Shown one piece after another: positions 1-13,261 of a stretch of DNA of 64,000 nt; positions within the stretch are counted from its first letter, which is position 1, and every line of letters begins with the position of its first letter. The notes under the pieces were generated by a model, which saw nothing but the letters and a program-made list of their open reading frames with translations, was not told the origin of the DNA and searched no databases. The position numbers were made by a program, and so were the translations under genes. The stretch is from Entomortierella parvispora E1425. Its lineage: Eukaryota; Fungi; Mortierellomycota. The stretch spans positions 248,001-312,000 of the forward strand of contig BQFW01000008.1 in assembly GCA_020891255.1 (NCBI GenBank), read 5' to 3'.

Positions 1-577
1 ACAAATGATCTGAAGGAGGCTTAAAGACAAATAACAAATCAGTGAGGGAATAATTAAAACAAGGGCAGCCTTACCCTCGTTCAACACGCAGTCTTCGGAT
101 GTCGACTTTGGCTTTGACCAGTTTGATGTTCAAGATGTCGTTGTCCTGCGTGACCATGAACAACAAAGGGGAAAAACAAGAAAAGAAAAGAAAAAAACGT
201 CAGTCAGTGCAACCAGAGCGTTACCAGATCGTCCCTAGTCACGAAACTTCTGCTCCCCTGTGCAATCTCCACGAAGCTAGATTTGCTCTGGAAGAATAAA
301 GGGAAAATGCGATGGACAAACACACCGACTAACAGAGAGACGCCCCTACCTCCTCAATATCTCGAACCCTGCGCTTCAGATCCTTGTACTTTCGGCGGTA
401 TTTCGCCTCTACTCGCAAGCGACGCACACACGTACGCAACACACAAAGAACGATGCACTGGTTAGTTACACTGTATTTCATCATCAAGGAGGAGTTCTAT
501 CAGTGTCTCTGTCAAGCTGCAATAAGTTTACCTTCAGCCGCGGAGGGCGGGAGTGCGTTGTTGCCACTACTGAGCAT
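1..577 (-). CDS. INO80 complex subunit F / Nhp10-like coiled-coil protein (5' part; 3' end runs off the window)
   Basis: Splicing ATG577-532, an exon at about 410-347 and an exon at about 146-74 (GT-AG introns) gives MLSSGNNALPPSAAEEAKYRRKYKDLKRRVRDIEEDNDILNIKLVKAKVDIRRLRVER. This resembles the KY..K...LKRR..EVEEEND....L......I..LRLER segment of fungal Nhp10/INO80F. Confidence 0.6.
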
Positions 578-1534
578 AGAGGGAACGCTTTGTGGGGAGG
601 AATGGAGGTCTGTCACGGTGGGTGGGTAGGTGGGTGGGTGAGGCAGGTGAGCCTGAGCTAATGGTAATGGGAGAGGGAATGTGAGTGTAGAGTGGGAATG
701 AGGGATGCACGAGGGGCGACCTGAGTGAGTGTGGGTGGTGGGTGGTGGGGTGAGATTAGAGAGTGGAGGGCAGGGGGGAGCGTAAGAAGAAGAAGACGAG
801 GGGAAATGAAGGGAATGGTGGGCAAGAGGGCGAATGAATGAGAGAAGGGGAAAGAAGAAGCGGAAGAGGGGAGAGGAAAGACGCAACGACGTACTGAGAG
901 ACTGAGAGAGATTGGGAGATATTGAGAGACACCCTCCAGAAAGACGAAGGGAGGAAAGACACACGCAGAAACACACCTTCAGAGAAGAGGACGAATCTCT
1001 TGAAATCAACGAGGGCGTGCCACAAGGAGATCCACTCAATCAGTTCAATCCCCTCACTCACCCTTGCCTGGGGTTGGGAACAGAGACCAACCAACAAGGT
1101 TGAAGGAACAAAGGAACAAAGGGAAACCACCCTCTCTCTCGCTCTCTCTCTTTCGCTCTGTCTTTGTCATGGTCTGGTCCTTTTTTTTTCCCTTCCTTCC
1201 TTTCCTTCCCTTCCCTTCCCTTCCTGTCCTTTCCCTTTCTTTTTCCTTCTCGTCCCTTTCCTTCTCGACGTGATGGATCGATTTGATTTGATCCCCTTCC
1301 TTCTTTTTTGTCCTTGCCGTTTTTTCTTGTCCTTCTCTTTTCTTTTGCCGTCCCGCACAAACAAACGTGCTCTCTCCTTCGAATCGCAAAATAACAATCT
1401 TTGTGTGCTCACCATATCTTCAACATCTTCACTATCATTACTGCAAACCTCGTCGTCACCCTTGGAGAGTTCTACGTTTTTTTGGACCAAATCTTCTTTT
1501 ATTTTTACATTCGCAAAAAAGTACTGTACGTCAA

Positions 1535-2948
1535 TCAAATCTCGGGATGTTTCTTGTTCTTGGGCTGTATCCGTGGTGAACCATGCTGTGCAAAGACATT
1601 TGAGGAACTTTGGCCTGGATGTCCAAAAGACTGTTGATGTTGGACTGAGCTCTGGGGCGGGTATTGGTGGTGTTGTTGCTGCTGCGGGACGCCGTCCATC
1701 GGAACAACGGTAAAATGGTTACCAGGGGTATATGTAGGAGGTGCATCGTGTTGCTGACTATGTTGGCTGTGCTGCTGTTGAAGGGTAGGCTGCTGGCTGG
1801 GATGCTGTTGCGATTGGGGTGTGATCCGGGGTGGTTCTGGTCGCACAATGTGGCTCGCGCTATTGTCGCCGTTTCCCATCAAACTCTGAGACGAAGAAAG
1901 GTTCTGAAGACGCGACTCCTCCTTCTCAATCTCGTCTGCGACCCAAAGCGCAGCCCCCACAATGTTGGTCCACATGAAAAAGAGGTTTGCCAGTGGGATC
2001 ATCTCGAGCGCAAAGGCCACTGATCCAAAACTAGTGTACTCCTGTCGTCTCGCCCATGCTTCTTCCCGAGACTGAAGAACGGAAATATAACGGATCTCGA
2101 CGTCGTAGTGGAAACGTACTGCAAAGGTAAAGATCCAGCCATTGAGAAAAACGTACACAATCTGACCCAGGACAGGGACGACATTCACGGGAAAGGTCAA
2201 GAGCATGACAACAATCTTGAGAAAGAAACAAAAGAGTAGTGTGGCGGTTAATAAAGGCTGTTCTCTGGAGTTGCCTGCGCTCGTAGGGTTTGTTCACTTT
2301 GTGCAGCTGGACACAAAACGAAAGGTTCGCTGAAAATAGAAAGAAAGATCCCGTTGCGCCAAGCCAAGCCAAACCAACCTCTACAAAAGTCCGGTGGCGA
2401 CATTCGTAACAGCAAGAACTGTACCTGGAAAAAGACCACAACAAGTCCTCCATTCACGCCTCGAAGGCACTTGCGCATGTCGTTGCCTTCATTCTTCTTC
2501 AAGACATGTCGCAGACCTCTGAGCTTAAGTACGCGATCAAACAGGGCGTCCTGGTAGATTGGGAGAACAATAAGGTAAAAGAGAATGACCATGACGGCAA
2601 TCTCGAGCAGTACAAAGATGATGGCGACAATCCTGAATGGTGGCGAGACAGGTATGAAAGAAGAAAAAAGTAAGGAAAAAACGGCTCTTTCCAAGAAAAA
2701 AACGCACAGACAGGCCAAACTTTGTGAGGAATGACAGTTCGTTACCATGCAACGGCAGCTGGACATTTTGCAACAATGAGGGCATGGGCTTGCAACTTGA
2801 GCAAGAATGCAAAGCCAAAGATGAATGCAGCAAGACCCCAGACGAGGGTCAAGAGGATTGGACAGATTAAGCTTGTGAGAAGCTGTGGATGAGCAATGAG
2901 GTAGACGATGCCCTGCACGGGGTAGGAGGAAGGGAGAATGACCGCCAT
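1535..2948 (-). CDS. EI24-domain membrane protein (Lds1/Lds2/Rrt8 family), 3 exons
   Basis: N-terminus MAVILPSSYPVQGIVYLIAHPQL; middle exon VLPIYQDALFDRVLKLRG; last exon VPVLGQIVYVFLNGW...FGSVAFALEMIPLANLFFMWTNIVGAALWVADE, typical of this family. A Q/H/P-rich tail follows. Confidence 0.8.
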
Positions 2949-3245
2949 TGGAGCAAGGTCTGCAGCCAGCGAGTCAACGATTCAAAGAGTCAATGGGTCG
3001 AAGGGTGACAGTGAAGGTGAAGGACAAAGACAGAGCGAGGAAGCAAAGGAGAAAGAGGAACAACCAAAAACCACCGAGAAAGATGTGAGCAAAGTCAGAA
3101 GAGCAAGCAGAGAAGGAAAGGGTCAATGAGTGTGAACAGTGAACATTGCCACCAAAATGAGGATTATGTCACGTGCAACTGATTCATCGCCTCTCCCCTG
3201 CCCTCCCGAGAGACGAGACGAGAGACGAAGGCACACACACATACA

Positions 3246-3279
<34 letters not shown>

Positions 3280-3424
3280 GAGAGAGACGACCCGACCCCG
3301 CATTCGCAATCCGTGCCGTGGGCATCAGAGTCATGAACTCTCTCGTGTCAGCGGATTGGATCCTGCTCTTCTTCTTTCTTTCCTCTCCTTCTTCATCACC
3401 ATCATCCCTTCTCTTGTCATCACC

Positions 3425-4965
3425 ATGTTTGCCCTCCGCCGCACTGCCCTCCCCACTCTCTCCTTGGTACATTGTTCTCCTCTTCCCTCACTCCTGACGG
3501 TTGCCTCATGTTCTTGTTGAAATGCCACTCCAAACACATGGTGGCAGGATCCATCCATCCTTTCCCCACTTCAGGAACGCGCCTCTCTGCATTGAACCCA
3601 ACCAGCATGCACTAACATTCATCATTCTTTCTTCCACTCTTTCATCTCACCCCTGCAGGCCCGTGGTTACGCCACCTCCGGCAATGTCTCTGCCCTCTTG
3701 TTGATCGAGCACAAGGACAACAAGGTCGCTGCTTCGACCTTGAACGCTCTCACTGCCGCCTCGACCTTGGGCGGATCCGTTACTGCCTTGGTCGCCGGTA
3801 ACGCCCCCGAGTCCGTTGTCGCTGAGGTCTCCAAGCTCGCTGGTGTCTCCAAGGTCCTCGTCGCCAAGGATGCCGCCTTCACCCACGCCTTGCCCGAGAG
3901 CCACGCCTCGCTCTTGGTCGAGACCCAGAAGAAGCATGGATTCACCCACATGATTGCTGCTCACTCTGCCTTTGGCAAGAACGTTATGCCTCGCGCTGCT
4001 GCTCTTCTTGACGTTGCCCAGATCTCTGATATCACTGGCATTGAGGGCGCTGATACCTTTGTCCGTCCCATCTATGCTGGTATGTCGTCTCTTCCTCTCG
4101 ATCTATTTTCCTGAACGACGGTGCGAAAGGCTATTCGAGATGACTAAATAATTTTAATCTAATGCTGTGTCCGCGCCCTTGTCTCTTTTCTCTTTCCCTA
4201 GGTAACGCCATTGCCACTGTCAAGTCCAACGATGATGTCAAGATCATCACTGTCCGTGGAACTGCCTTCCCCGCTGCCGGCCACGCCGATGCTGCTGCCC
4301 CCACCGAGGATGCCCCCGCTACCACTGCCAACTCGAGCAGTGAGTTTGTGAGCGAGCACATGCAAAAGTCGGATCGCCCTGAGCTCGACAGCGCTACCCG
4401 CGTCATTGCTGGAGGTCGCGGCATGAAGAACGGCGAGAACTTCCAGTTGTTGTACGATATGGCTGACAAGATTGGCGCTGCCGGTAAGTTGATTCGTGTT
4501 CCTGTGTTTGCCCAAAAGAGGGTCCGTTGAAGAAGGTGCTTCTGTTTTGTTGTTTCATTCAGAATGTTGACATCAACACACCATTGTTTGTTTGTCTACT
4601 AGTTGGTGCTTCCCGTGCTGCCGTCGATGCTGGATATGTTGACAACTCTCTCCAGATCGGACAGACAGGAAAGATTGTTGCCCCTGAGCTGTACGTACCA
4701 AAGCCATGTGCATGGACATCTTTTTTTTTTTATTCCCACGATCCAGTCACTTAACGTTTTTTTTTCCTTTCCCATTTTTGTTTGTGTCCACAGCTACGTC
4801 GCCGTCGGTATTTCGGGAGCCATCCAGCATTTGGCCGGTATGAAGGACTCCAAGACCATTGTTGCTATCAACAAGGACCCCGAGGCTCCCATCTTCCAGG
4901 TTGCTGACTACGGTCTCGTTGCTGATCTCTTCACTGCCGTCCCCGAGATTACCAAGAAGTTGTAA
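3425..4965 (+). CDS. ETFA: Electron transfer flavoprotein alpha subunit, mitochondrial, 5 exons
   Basis: Presequence [14 protein letters not shown]|ARGYAT; motifs [106 protein letters not shown]. Confidence 0.97.
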
Positions 4966-5189
4966 AGCTAACAAAAGAAAAACAAGTAGGATCGAGGAAA
5001 GAAGAAGAATGAAACAACACAAAAACCATAGAAACAGTGCTTAAAGGCCTGGTCTATTGTAGAGAACTTCAATATAACCTGCACATTTGCATCATACATT
5101 CCCACTGAAAGAGGACAAAAATGACACGGGAAAAAAAATGCAAGGTTCTCGTTGTATTAGGTATCGAAGGTCTATGTGGTGGTGTGTTA

Positions 5190-6703
5190 TCAATTGTAGT
5201 CCACAGATCGTCCATGTTGGATCTTTGGTCTGGCCTCATCCCAAGGTCCATGGATCTCACTAAAAGAAACAAGAAAATGGACATGATTAGCGTGCAAGTC
5301 CTTTGTCATCGTCCTCAGTCAAAAAGGGCAGAGGCTGTTGTCAAAGTCAACCAAACAATACTTTTTGTATCTCTGGATCCAAATAAGCCAGAATGGGCAA
5401 ACAAAGGTCAAAAAGATCATGCCTAGGATATAAATAACGACGATCGCAGGAGATATTTGACTGAAAAGCGTAGTGGCAGTCAAAAACAGCATGACAGTCA
5501 AAGCCAGGTTTCCTCGATTGGATATGCTCTAAGTGATTGTTGTGGAGAGTGAATTAGCCAGGTAAAACAAAATGAACGATCGTCAAGGATTTGACCCAAG
5601 TATCCTCTTTAAGAGACTTACCTTGACTTGCCGACGAAGCATTGGGAAGAGTGCAAACCATTCTACTGCAAAAGACATGAGTCCAAAGACATGCAGGTTG
5701 GTTGCGAGTCTTGAAGCCAACACGACAGAAGCAAAGATGGCTGCATTGGTAGAGAGCGAGCCTGGGTATTTGATGTTTCGTCGGTTGCCGCTGCCGTAAT
5801 CATGAAAGGCCAAGTTTGCCAAGAACAAGATCACAGTCAATGCCCAAATCGTGTCTTTAGAAGTCTCTTCCGTTAAAGTCTTTAGAATAGGGGTCAGTCC
5901 TAAGAGCGTCAAGAAGAATAGGCCCGCTCCTTTGAAGATCTTTCGTCCTGGATGACGATATTCCCGGGTGAAAAAAAAAGAGCAGGTTAATAGGGGTTAA
6001 CTCCATCGAAACTAATAGATGTCCAAGTGTGAAGGATCTGATATTGAGAGGCATGTCGCTTACTTTGAAAATTAGACCCTGGTGTCGACTTTGAGTTGCT
6101 CCAGTCCCAGAACCCGTATCCGATCGCTGTTCCGACGGTCCCGATCGTGATCAGAGCGTGCGAGCTCAGATCTTCCAAATACAGATAGATAAAAACGGCA
6201 ACAAAGATGACGATCGAAGAGATGTGTTGACTGATAACTGTCGATTCTAGCACCACGGACCAGTACTCATAGTGCCGTACGTTTGCTGTTTGTGGAAGCA
6301 AATGTTCCAAGAGTTAGCCACAAGATTGTTCCGAGTCGCATGATCGGTCGAAATGGCAGCTTATCAGACGTCGTAATAGTTACCATTCTTCTGTAGCTCC
6401 TCGAGAAATGTATCATCCACATAGTTGTCAGGATATTCCTGCTTCACATAGAGAAGCTTCCTCCATGGATGTCGAGGTTTTGGGGGCAGTCCTGTTTGTG
6501 TAGACGGTCCTGGATCAACAGTCCTGAGCAAGGAAAAATAGTCATCGTTTAGATATCGTATAGGATACCTGGGCCGGCACAGTCACCATCGACACCAGGG
6601 TAGACACAAGGTCATACCTTTGAAAGTCGCACAATGGACAAATGAGTTCATCTTCCCGAAAGTGGCGTCCATCTCGAGGACAGTAGTTGAAGACGGGCGA
6701 CAT
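5190..6703 (-). CDS. GPI2: Phosphatidylinositol N-acetylglucosaminyltransferase subunit C (PIG-C/Gpi2), 6 exons
   Basis: [65 protein letters not shown], and a spliced C-terminus [16 protein letters not shown]. The ATG at 6703 joins in frame via intron 6617-6524. Confidence 0.95.
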
Positions 6704-7094
6704 TTGAGTGCTGCTGAAATGCAGGTGTCTATAGCTGTTATTAATTTTTCTGGGTCGATCCTGCGTCCCGAATGCACGTCAAAGTCAGAAGGAGTGTCCA
6801 GCACTTGGTCCTGTGTGTATGTGAGTGAGTGAAAGAGAGGAAGAGCGACAAGAGGAGTGAACGATAATGAAGGTAATTGCATGCATGCAACAGCCAAAAG
6901 GACAATGACCGTCCGAGCTCAGCCACAAAATGGAGGCGCAACGGGGCGCAAACGCGTTCAGGTCGCGCAGTCCATGCGACGGGCAAGTTCATCGCCTTTT
7001 CTCCTTTGCCTTCCCTGACTGTCGGCATCCCTTTCAACCCCTTCCTCCTCGGCAAACAACAACCTTCGACTCCTCCAGCTTCACATATTCACCC

Positions 7095-8261
7095 ATGGCT
7101 TTGACGACCCAGGCACTCTTGGAGCAGGCAGATGTGTGTCTTCAGAATGGACGCTACCAAGACCTCATTCCACTTTACGAACAGCTCGAGTTCCAGGTAA
7201 TTGGCCTCGCCTGCGCCTTTGCTCGAGGAGCTCACTTACTCTTGTCATTCATACTACTTCAACGTCAAGAATGCTCACAATGACCTCCTTTGCTTTTGGC
7301 CCCATTTCTGTCTCATAGGTGTCTGTCATTGACATTGATGCCGTCCCCATGAACACAATCTACGAACCCCTGCTTGCTTCTTACTTGGTGGCCAATGACC
7401 TGTAATGACTTGACGGAAGCTGTTTGGCAGGGAGATTATCACAAAAGATTCTAGGGTCTTGACTGACGGATTGTATGACTCTTTGTTTTATAGGTTCTCG
7501 GCCCGCAGTTTGGTACACCGTATCCCTGAGGACTTCAAGACCCAGCATCCACAGCTGACAACGTTGATTCAGGTCATGGAGGCAATGCGTCAATGGGAGC
7601 GACAGAACGGAAGCTTGAAGGATATCTATGCTCTCCTTCATCAATCCCGATGGAACACGTCGCTCGCACCTTTGATTGCATTATTGCAGGGTAAAGCGAT
7701 GGCCAATGACTGGAACCATACTTGAAACAAGAAGGATCGCCGTGGTCTATGCAGTGACAATGCTGACAATTGTGATTATTGACTGTCCATTAGACTCTAT
7801 TCAGAACAGGGAGCTGGATTTGTTGGCAAAGGCATACACCTCGCTCCCACTCCATTTGGCAGCATCTCGCATTTGGCTTGAAGAGGATACTGCAGCAGAG
7901 CGTAAGTATCTGGGGCAGGGAGAGGGGCGTAAAGCCATTTTTTGCTTACATTTTTTTTCTTGAAGTACTAAAGAAAATCACCATTATATCATTTCACATT
8001 GTTAGAACTCGTTGCAACCAGAGGATGGAGATTCGACGCTGCTACTGGACTATTGTATCCAAAGGCACCAGGTATGGAGATAGGTTGTGGTTGCTGTATT
8101 CTCCAGGACTCTCCTGACATTGTCCTCATATTTATAATTTTCTCTTTATTATATCCCCATTGTAACAAACAGAGGTCACGCCAAACAGGTCTGTGGGTTT
8201 GCAGGAAGTCCGAAAACTGGCGGACGTTGTGGCACATTTGGAAGTCAGGCAGGAATCATAG
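7095..8261 (+). CDS. CSN8: COP9 signalosome subunit 8-like (CSN8/PSMD8/eIF3K PCI family), 6 exons
   Basis: Spliced product MALTTQALLEQ...LYEQLEFQ|...LLASYLVANDL|..ARSLVHRIP...|...RELDLLAKAYTSL...|..VATRGWRFDAATGLLYPK|...VRKLADVVAHLE. The motif order matches CSN8. The gene is divergent from GPI2 across about 390 bp. Confidence 0.75.
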
Positions 8262-8742
8262 GGAAAACCTGCGGCGCCTCATCTTTGAACAGCAAACACT
8301 CCTGCTTCCTTCACTTTGAAAATAAACGAAATTCTCAAAAAAAAAAAAAAAAAAAAAAAGAAAAATGCTGGTGCGACGTCGATGCTTGACTTCCTGCCCA
8401 CAGTTAGCATGCCTAGCGCTGCAACAGCAGGCATTAAGTGTCTCCACACTATTCCCAAGAGCGAATTTTTTGGGGTGAAAGGAGGCCCAACCCTTTGGGT
8501 CAAAAGGCTGTGAAGACATGGATTTTCGATTGTCCGCACCAGCCACGTGCAAATCGACATGGCGGTATAAATAGGTGCAGCAACTCCTCTCAGATTGTGG
8601 AATTCAATTGAATCGAACCTGCACCGCGCCATTCATTTGTTCTCCTCTTCTTCCCCTTTGTCCTCTCTGTTCTTCACCCTACACTCTATCCATTCTTCCC
8701 ATCCCTGCGGAAAGAAGTCATTGAGGAAGACATACATTGACG

Positions 8743-11700
8743 ATGCAGGACCCTCCACTCTCCTCCACCTCCGGATTCGCAGAGGGTCATAGCCACGCCC
8801 TCGAGCCACCTCTGCGATCTAACCGACCTCTTTCGGCCTCGGCCTCGACTCTACGTCGCCGTCCCTCATATCAAAGTCTGGACGCAAAGGCTCATCAACG
8901 CCATTCGAGGCATAAGTCTGCATCCTACGTGGCATCGTCCGCTGCTCCTGGGATGCCTACATTGTCTCCTGGCCCACTCAAGCGAAACGGATCGTCTGGG
9001 CAGCTTCATGGCGGGGCCACAGCTGCCTCGCCAGCACTGGCCAACCGGCCTATTCAGACACATGCACAACGACGGAGGAGAGCAAATCTTCTCAGAGTCA
9101 GGATTGAGCGCGGATTGATGGTGGGCATGGGCCTCCTGGCTGGTTACCGCATGATGACGTTGGATTACAGTTTTCTGCAGCATCTATGGCAAGACAAGGA
9201 TGGACTGGACTTGACATCCTCAGAATCGACCCTTTCCCGAAACTGGCCATCACCGGTGGCAGCACCACCCATGTCGCCCTCATGTTCATCCTCGCATGCA
9301 GCGTCGTCGACTTCCCCATTCTCTTGGCGGGAACATCAGCAACGGCAATACCTCTCCGAGACGTTACCAGTTCTGTCCCGGAGTTCCTGGGCCTTGGGCG
9401 CAGGTATGAGAAATAATTACAGCATTGGGTCTGGGCTCAGTGGTCTGGGCGGGCGGGCAGAAGAATGAGGCTCTTTCAGCATTGCTTGGACTTGCAATAC
9501 CATGCAACGCAGTGCTCCTTCAGCCCAGCGTTTGTCCTCCTATCCTCCTCCTTCTCCTCCAAACGAGATTGTTAGGCGCGTGAAAGAACCATAGAACGAA
9601 CTCTCTGTGGAAATTGATCTCGGAGCCATTGTGCAACGGGATCGTGCTCTTGGCAGCGACATTGACAGGAGGCTCACAATCACAAAATGAGGATTGGGGA
9701 TCGACTTCTGGAATGTGGACCTTCTATCTCGACCCCCTTTTGCACCTCCCAATCGCCGATATGGTCATACACTCGGAGCTTGACCCATGGATATCAACAC
9801 GTGCTAATCGTGTTTATTCATGCTCTTCATTCTCTTTCACTCTGCGCTCTACTAGGCTTCATACTCTTAACTTTAACGCATGCGTTCTTCTTGACCGCCC
9901 ACGATCATCGCCTACAGTTCCCAGTGCACAAGAATCAGCCGTTGCAACCGTTACAAAAGAGATCCAGCCGATACTTGAAAACGACAGCGACACATACCTC
10001 GGCCGCCGCGGCGGCTGTTGCTGACAGCGACGATGATTCGGACGATGATGACAACGTGGCACTGCAAAAGGATATTGCAGCAGAGCTGCTTCAGGAGAGC
10101 CAGTTGAACCAAGACGCATCTGGGCAAGGAGGGGCCGCCTCAGGTTCAACAGGAGGCACAGGGAAGATTGAGCCCGTTTTTGGAAGTTTCCAAAGTCGGT
10201 GGTGCCGATCAGCTGAAGGCGCCATGCCTCAATGGAGGGTCTGGGGATCTGAAGCGCACTGGTACAGGTTAGTTTTACAAAAAACAGTGGCTTTGCACAA
10301 TGTTGGATGGGATGCATGCTGTAGTACTTCGGTCTCCTAACCAAAGGCTCTTTCAACAACCACAGAAAAGGAGCGGATAATGGATCCATCTTTGCCACCG
10401 TCCTCGTACCCATCGTGCTGGCAGCAAAGTTTGTGCAAACCGTGACGGACGAGAAGTTTTCGACGACTGGGATTGTCGGATTGCAGACAGCAGAGTCCGT
10501 TCTTTCCAATATGGCCCTTTCGCTTACTTTTGGATTTTCGATCCTAGTCCATATGTTGTTGCTAAAGGTCTTTGAGGATCACTCGTCTACAGGAACTGGA
10601 GTGTATGGCAGAACAGGTGGACCCAAACCCTCCATCCTCGACGGTATTCTGTTGCCCTCACCCATGATGACTATGTCTTCGGCAGCTTCGACTCCCTCCA
10701 CCTCCATGTCAAGTCACAACCTGAGCTCCACTTCAGTTTCAACCATCACACCACTTACCCCTACGGTATCAACTGGCGCTACGACCTCTGCCGAAACTCT
10801 TTACAACGACAGTAACCTATACCCAAACCAGCAGAAGCAGCATGCTATCTCATCACCATCTTCACCATCTTCGCCCACCCTGTCAGCTGCCTCTTCCGGA
10901 TCTTTATCCACAATCAAAAACATTCATGAACGACAGCAGGAATTGCAGGATGCATTCATGTTTTCTAACGACCAGATGAACCATCATCACCACCAACAAC
11001 CTCAGCACCAACTCCCTAGCCTTTTTATGAGCTCACCATCGTCCTCATCCTTTTCTGAAACGGAGCGTTCAAGCGACCGTGAGGAGGTCTGGATCATTGC
11101 TCTTGGATTTGGAGGTGCATATACCTGTTTGGTGACCCTTATGGCGCGGTTCAAGTGGATCCCAGGACTGGAAAATACTGGCGCCGGTATGGTCATGTTG
11201 AACCAGAACGTATTCCAGGCCTTGATGATCGGCTTCGCGTACTTTTACCGACGATCATTTACCTTTGGAGAGTTGACCATCTTGGCACAGGTCATCACAT
11301 TATTGATCCATGAAACGCTGATTATGGCTTTTATGACACCAAGCCCCACGTTCATGGATGCAGGATCAGCCTGGATGGAGTCATCTCGTGGCGCTACCGT
11401 GGCTGCCACTGTATCCCAACCGCTGGAGAACCCTCAATTTTTGTTCTTGTTGACTTTGGTCGTAGGAATGCTATTGATCGGTGTCCTCTTGACTCCAGTG
11501 CTCATGTACTGCCGCAAGCTCGCACAAATGCCGACCAAAGGCGCATCTCTGGCCAATTTGCAGAAGCGTGAGCTCAAGAAGAAGTTGTCTGCCGCGGTTG
11601 TCTATTCTGGACTGCTCATGATTGTTTTGGTCTTGGTTATGCCACGTTGTGAACGCGTACTGGGCCAGAATCCATTCCTGTGGCTGATCGAGTTCATGCT

Positions 11701-12960
11701 CATGACCAAGGTGTTCCCAGAGCCATTTGTCGACGAAGTAACCGGCACGATAACAGCTGGATCGATGTTCGATCTTACGAGACTCATGTCCATCAGGATC
11801 GGATGGAGTCGTTTGGGTCTTTGCATGTACTGGCTTTCGGCAGTGGGATGCTCGATCGCCTTCTTTTACTGGATGAATACCTCGATTAGTAGACGGTCGA
11901 TCATGGGGTCGTTGAACAACCGGCGCAAGTACTACCATGCTTTGGCGGTACTCATGTTTGTGCCCGGTTACCTGACAGATGTGAGTACTTTGATTCAATT
12001 GGTAGGCTTCATTATATCTTTCGAGCTCATCCTGACAATTGTTCTGTTGGTACGTATTCTTAGGAACCGTTCATGCATATCGCTTTCTCGGTCGGCCTGG
12101 CGTCGCTCATCTTTCTGGAGTACATTCGATATTTTGCTGTTGTCCCTTTCGGCAAAGAGATTCATCTGTTCCTGGTCGGCTTTTTGGATGGTCGCGATGG
12201 AGGACCAATTATCCTCAGTCATCTGTACCTCCTGATGGGCTGTGCTACTCCCGTGTGGCTGGCGGAGCATCATATTCTCGCGGGTCTTTCCGGAATCTTT
12301 TCTCTTGGAGTCGGTGATGCCATGGCCTCGATCGTGGGCAAGCGGTATGGTCGCCATCGCTGGCCCGGCACGATCAAGACTGTGGAGGGTACGATTGCCT
12401 TTGTCGCCTCAGTCATGTTTGCAGCAGGAACAGTTTTTATCGGCATGTGGGTCATGAGCTTTGTGTTTGGTTCGGGCCTTCCCGTGTCTTCAGCGTCCTC
12501 CTTGTCGACGATGCAAGCGACTGGTGCAAGTGCGGCCGCGGGAGCCTCTACAGGTTCTTCTTCGTCCTTGGCAGCCTCGCTTTTGAATTCGCCTCTTGCG
12601 ACATCCTTGTCTCCTTTTTCGACTCCTTCCGTCACTGGGTCGTCCTTTGTGGCCAACAAGATTCCGGCGTCCACCCCAGGATTCGGTTCAGGTCTGCATG
12701 GATCTGTTGGGTCTGTCCTTGACTCAACTAGAACCTCTGGATCCTCCTTCCCCGCTGTTGCATCGCCTTCATCTCTGCGTCCTGCCTCCTTACTGTCGTT
12801 CTCGACCTGGGAAGATTGGTCTGGCGTGACTTGGTCATTGTGGGGCGTGCTTCGGTACGGACTTGCAGTGTCTGTGGCGGCCATGTTGGAGGCGGTCTCT
12901 GAGCAGAATGATAACCTGGTGATACCGGTGGTGATGTTGGCCATGGTTTGGCTGATCTAA
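8743..12960 (+). CDS. SEC59: Dolichol kinase (CTP-dependent), multi-exon, with long Ser-rich insertions
   Basis: YRKGADNGSIFATVLVP (across intron 10268-10365), NNRRKYYHALAVLMFVPG, DGRDGGPIILSHLYLLMGCATPVWL, GVGDAMASIVGKRYGRHRWPGTIKTVEGT, QNDNLVIP. The ATG8743 first exon is joined by inference, and the exact acceptor at about 9656/9668 is uncertain. Confidence 0.9.
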
Positions 12961-13261
12961 CGACCCTGCAGTCAGTCATCCTTGGCGTCATCCTTTCCTG
13001 ATCTTTACTTCCGTATTCTCTCTGTTTGCCCCGTTACCCCTAGCGCCTGCTACATATTACTCGTTTATGACATACATACACACACACACACACACACCCA
13101 CACACACACACACACACATTAAAAGCATATGCCTGATGAATTGGTGGCAACAGTCACGTGCATTTCATGTGGCTTTTGAATGGGCTTTGATGCAGGCAGG
13201 CACAGACGCGAAGCGAAAGGCGATCACTCATTTGCACTCTAACTTCCATTATCAATCCATC

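Noticed and set aside
4954-4965. ETF-alpha ends in KKL, a weak PTS1-like tripeptide
   Set aside because: It matches the ordinary ETF-alpha C-terminal helix (ELTEKL-like), the protein has a clear mitochondrial presequence, and there is no readthrough context.
6561-6568. GTATCCTA on the minus strand, resembling a U12-type 5' splice site, inside GPI2 intron 1
   Set aside because: It mismatches the GTATCCTT consensus, no proper TCCTTAAC branch follows, and using it puts a stop (GAC TGT TGA) in frame. The upstream GTATGA donor gives the correct frame.
6583-6882. Out-of-frame upstream ATG/ORF overlapping the GPI2 start
   Set aside because: No recognisable protein, and the ATG probably lies upstream of the TSS or in a 5'UTR intron; it cannot be supported without transcript data.
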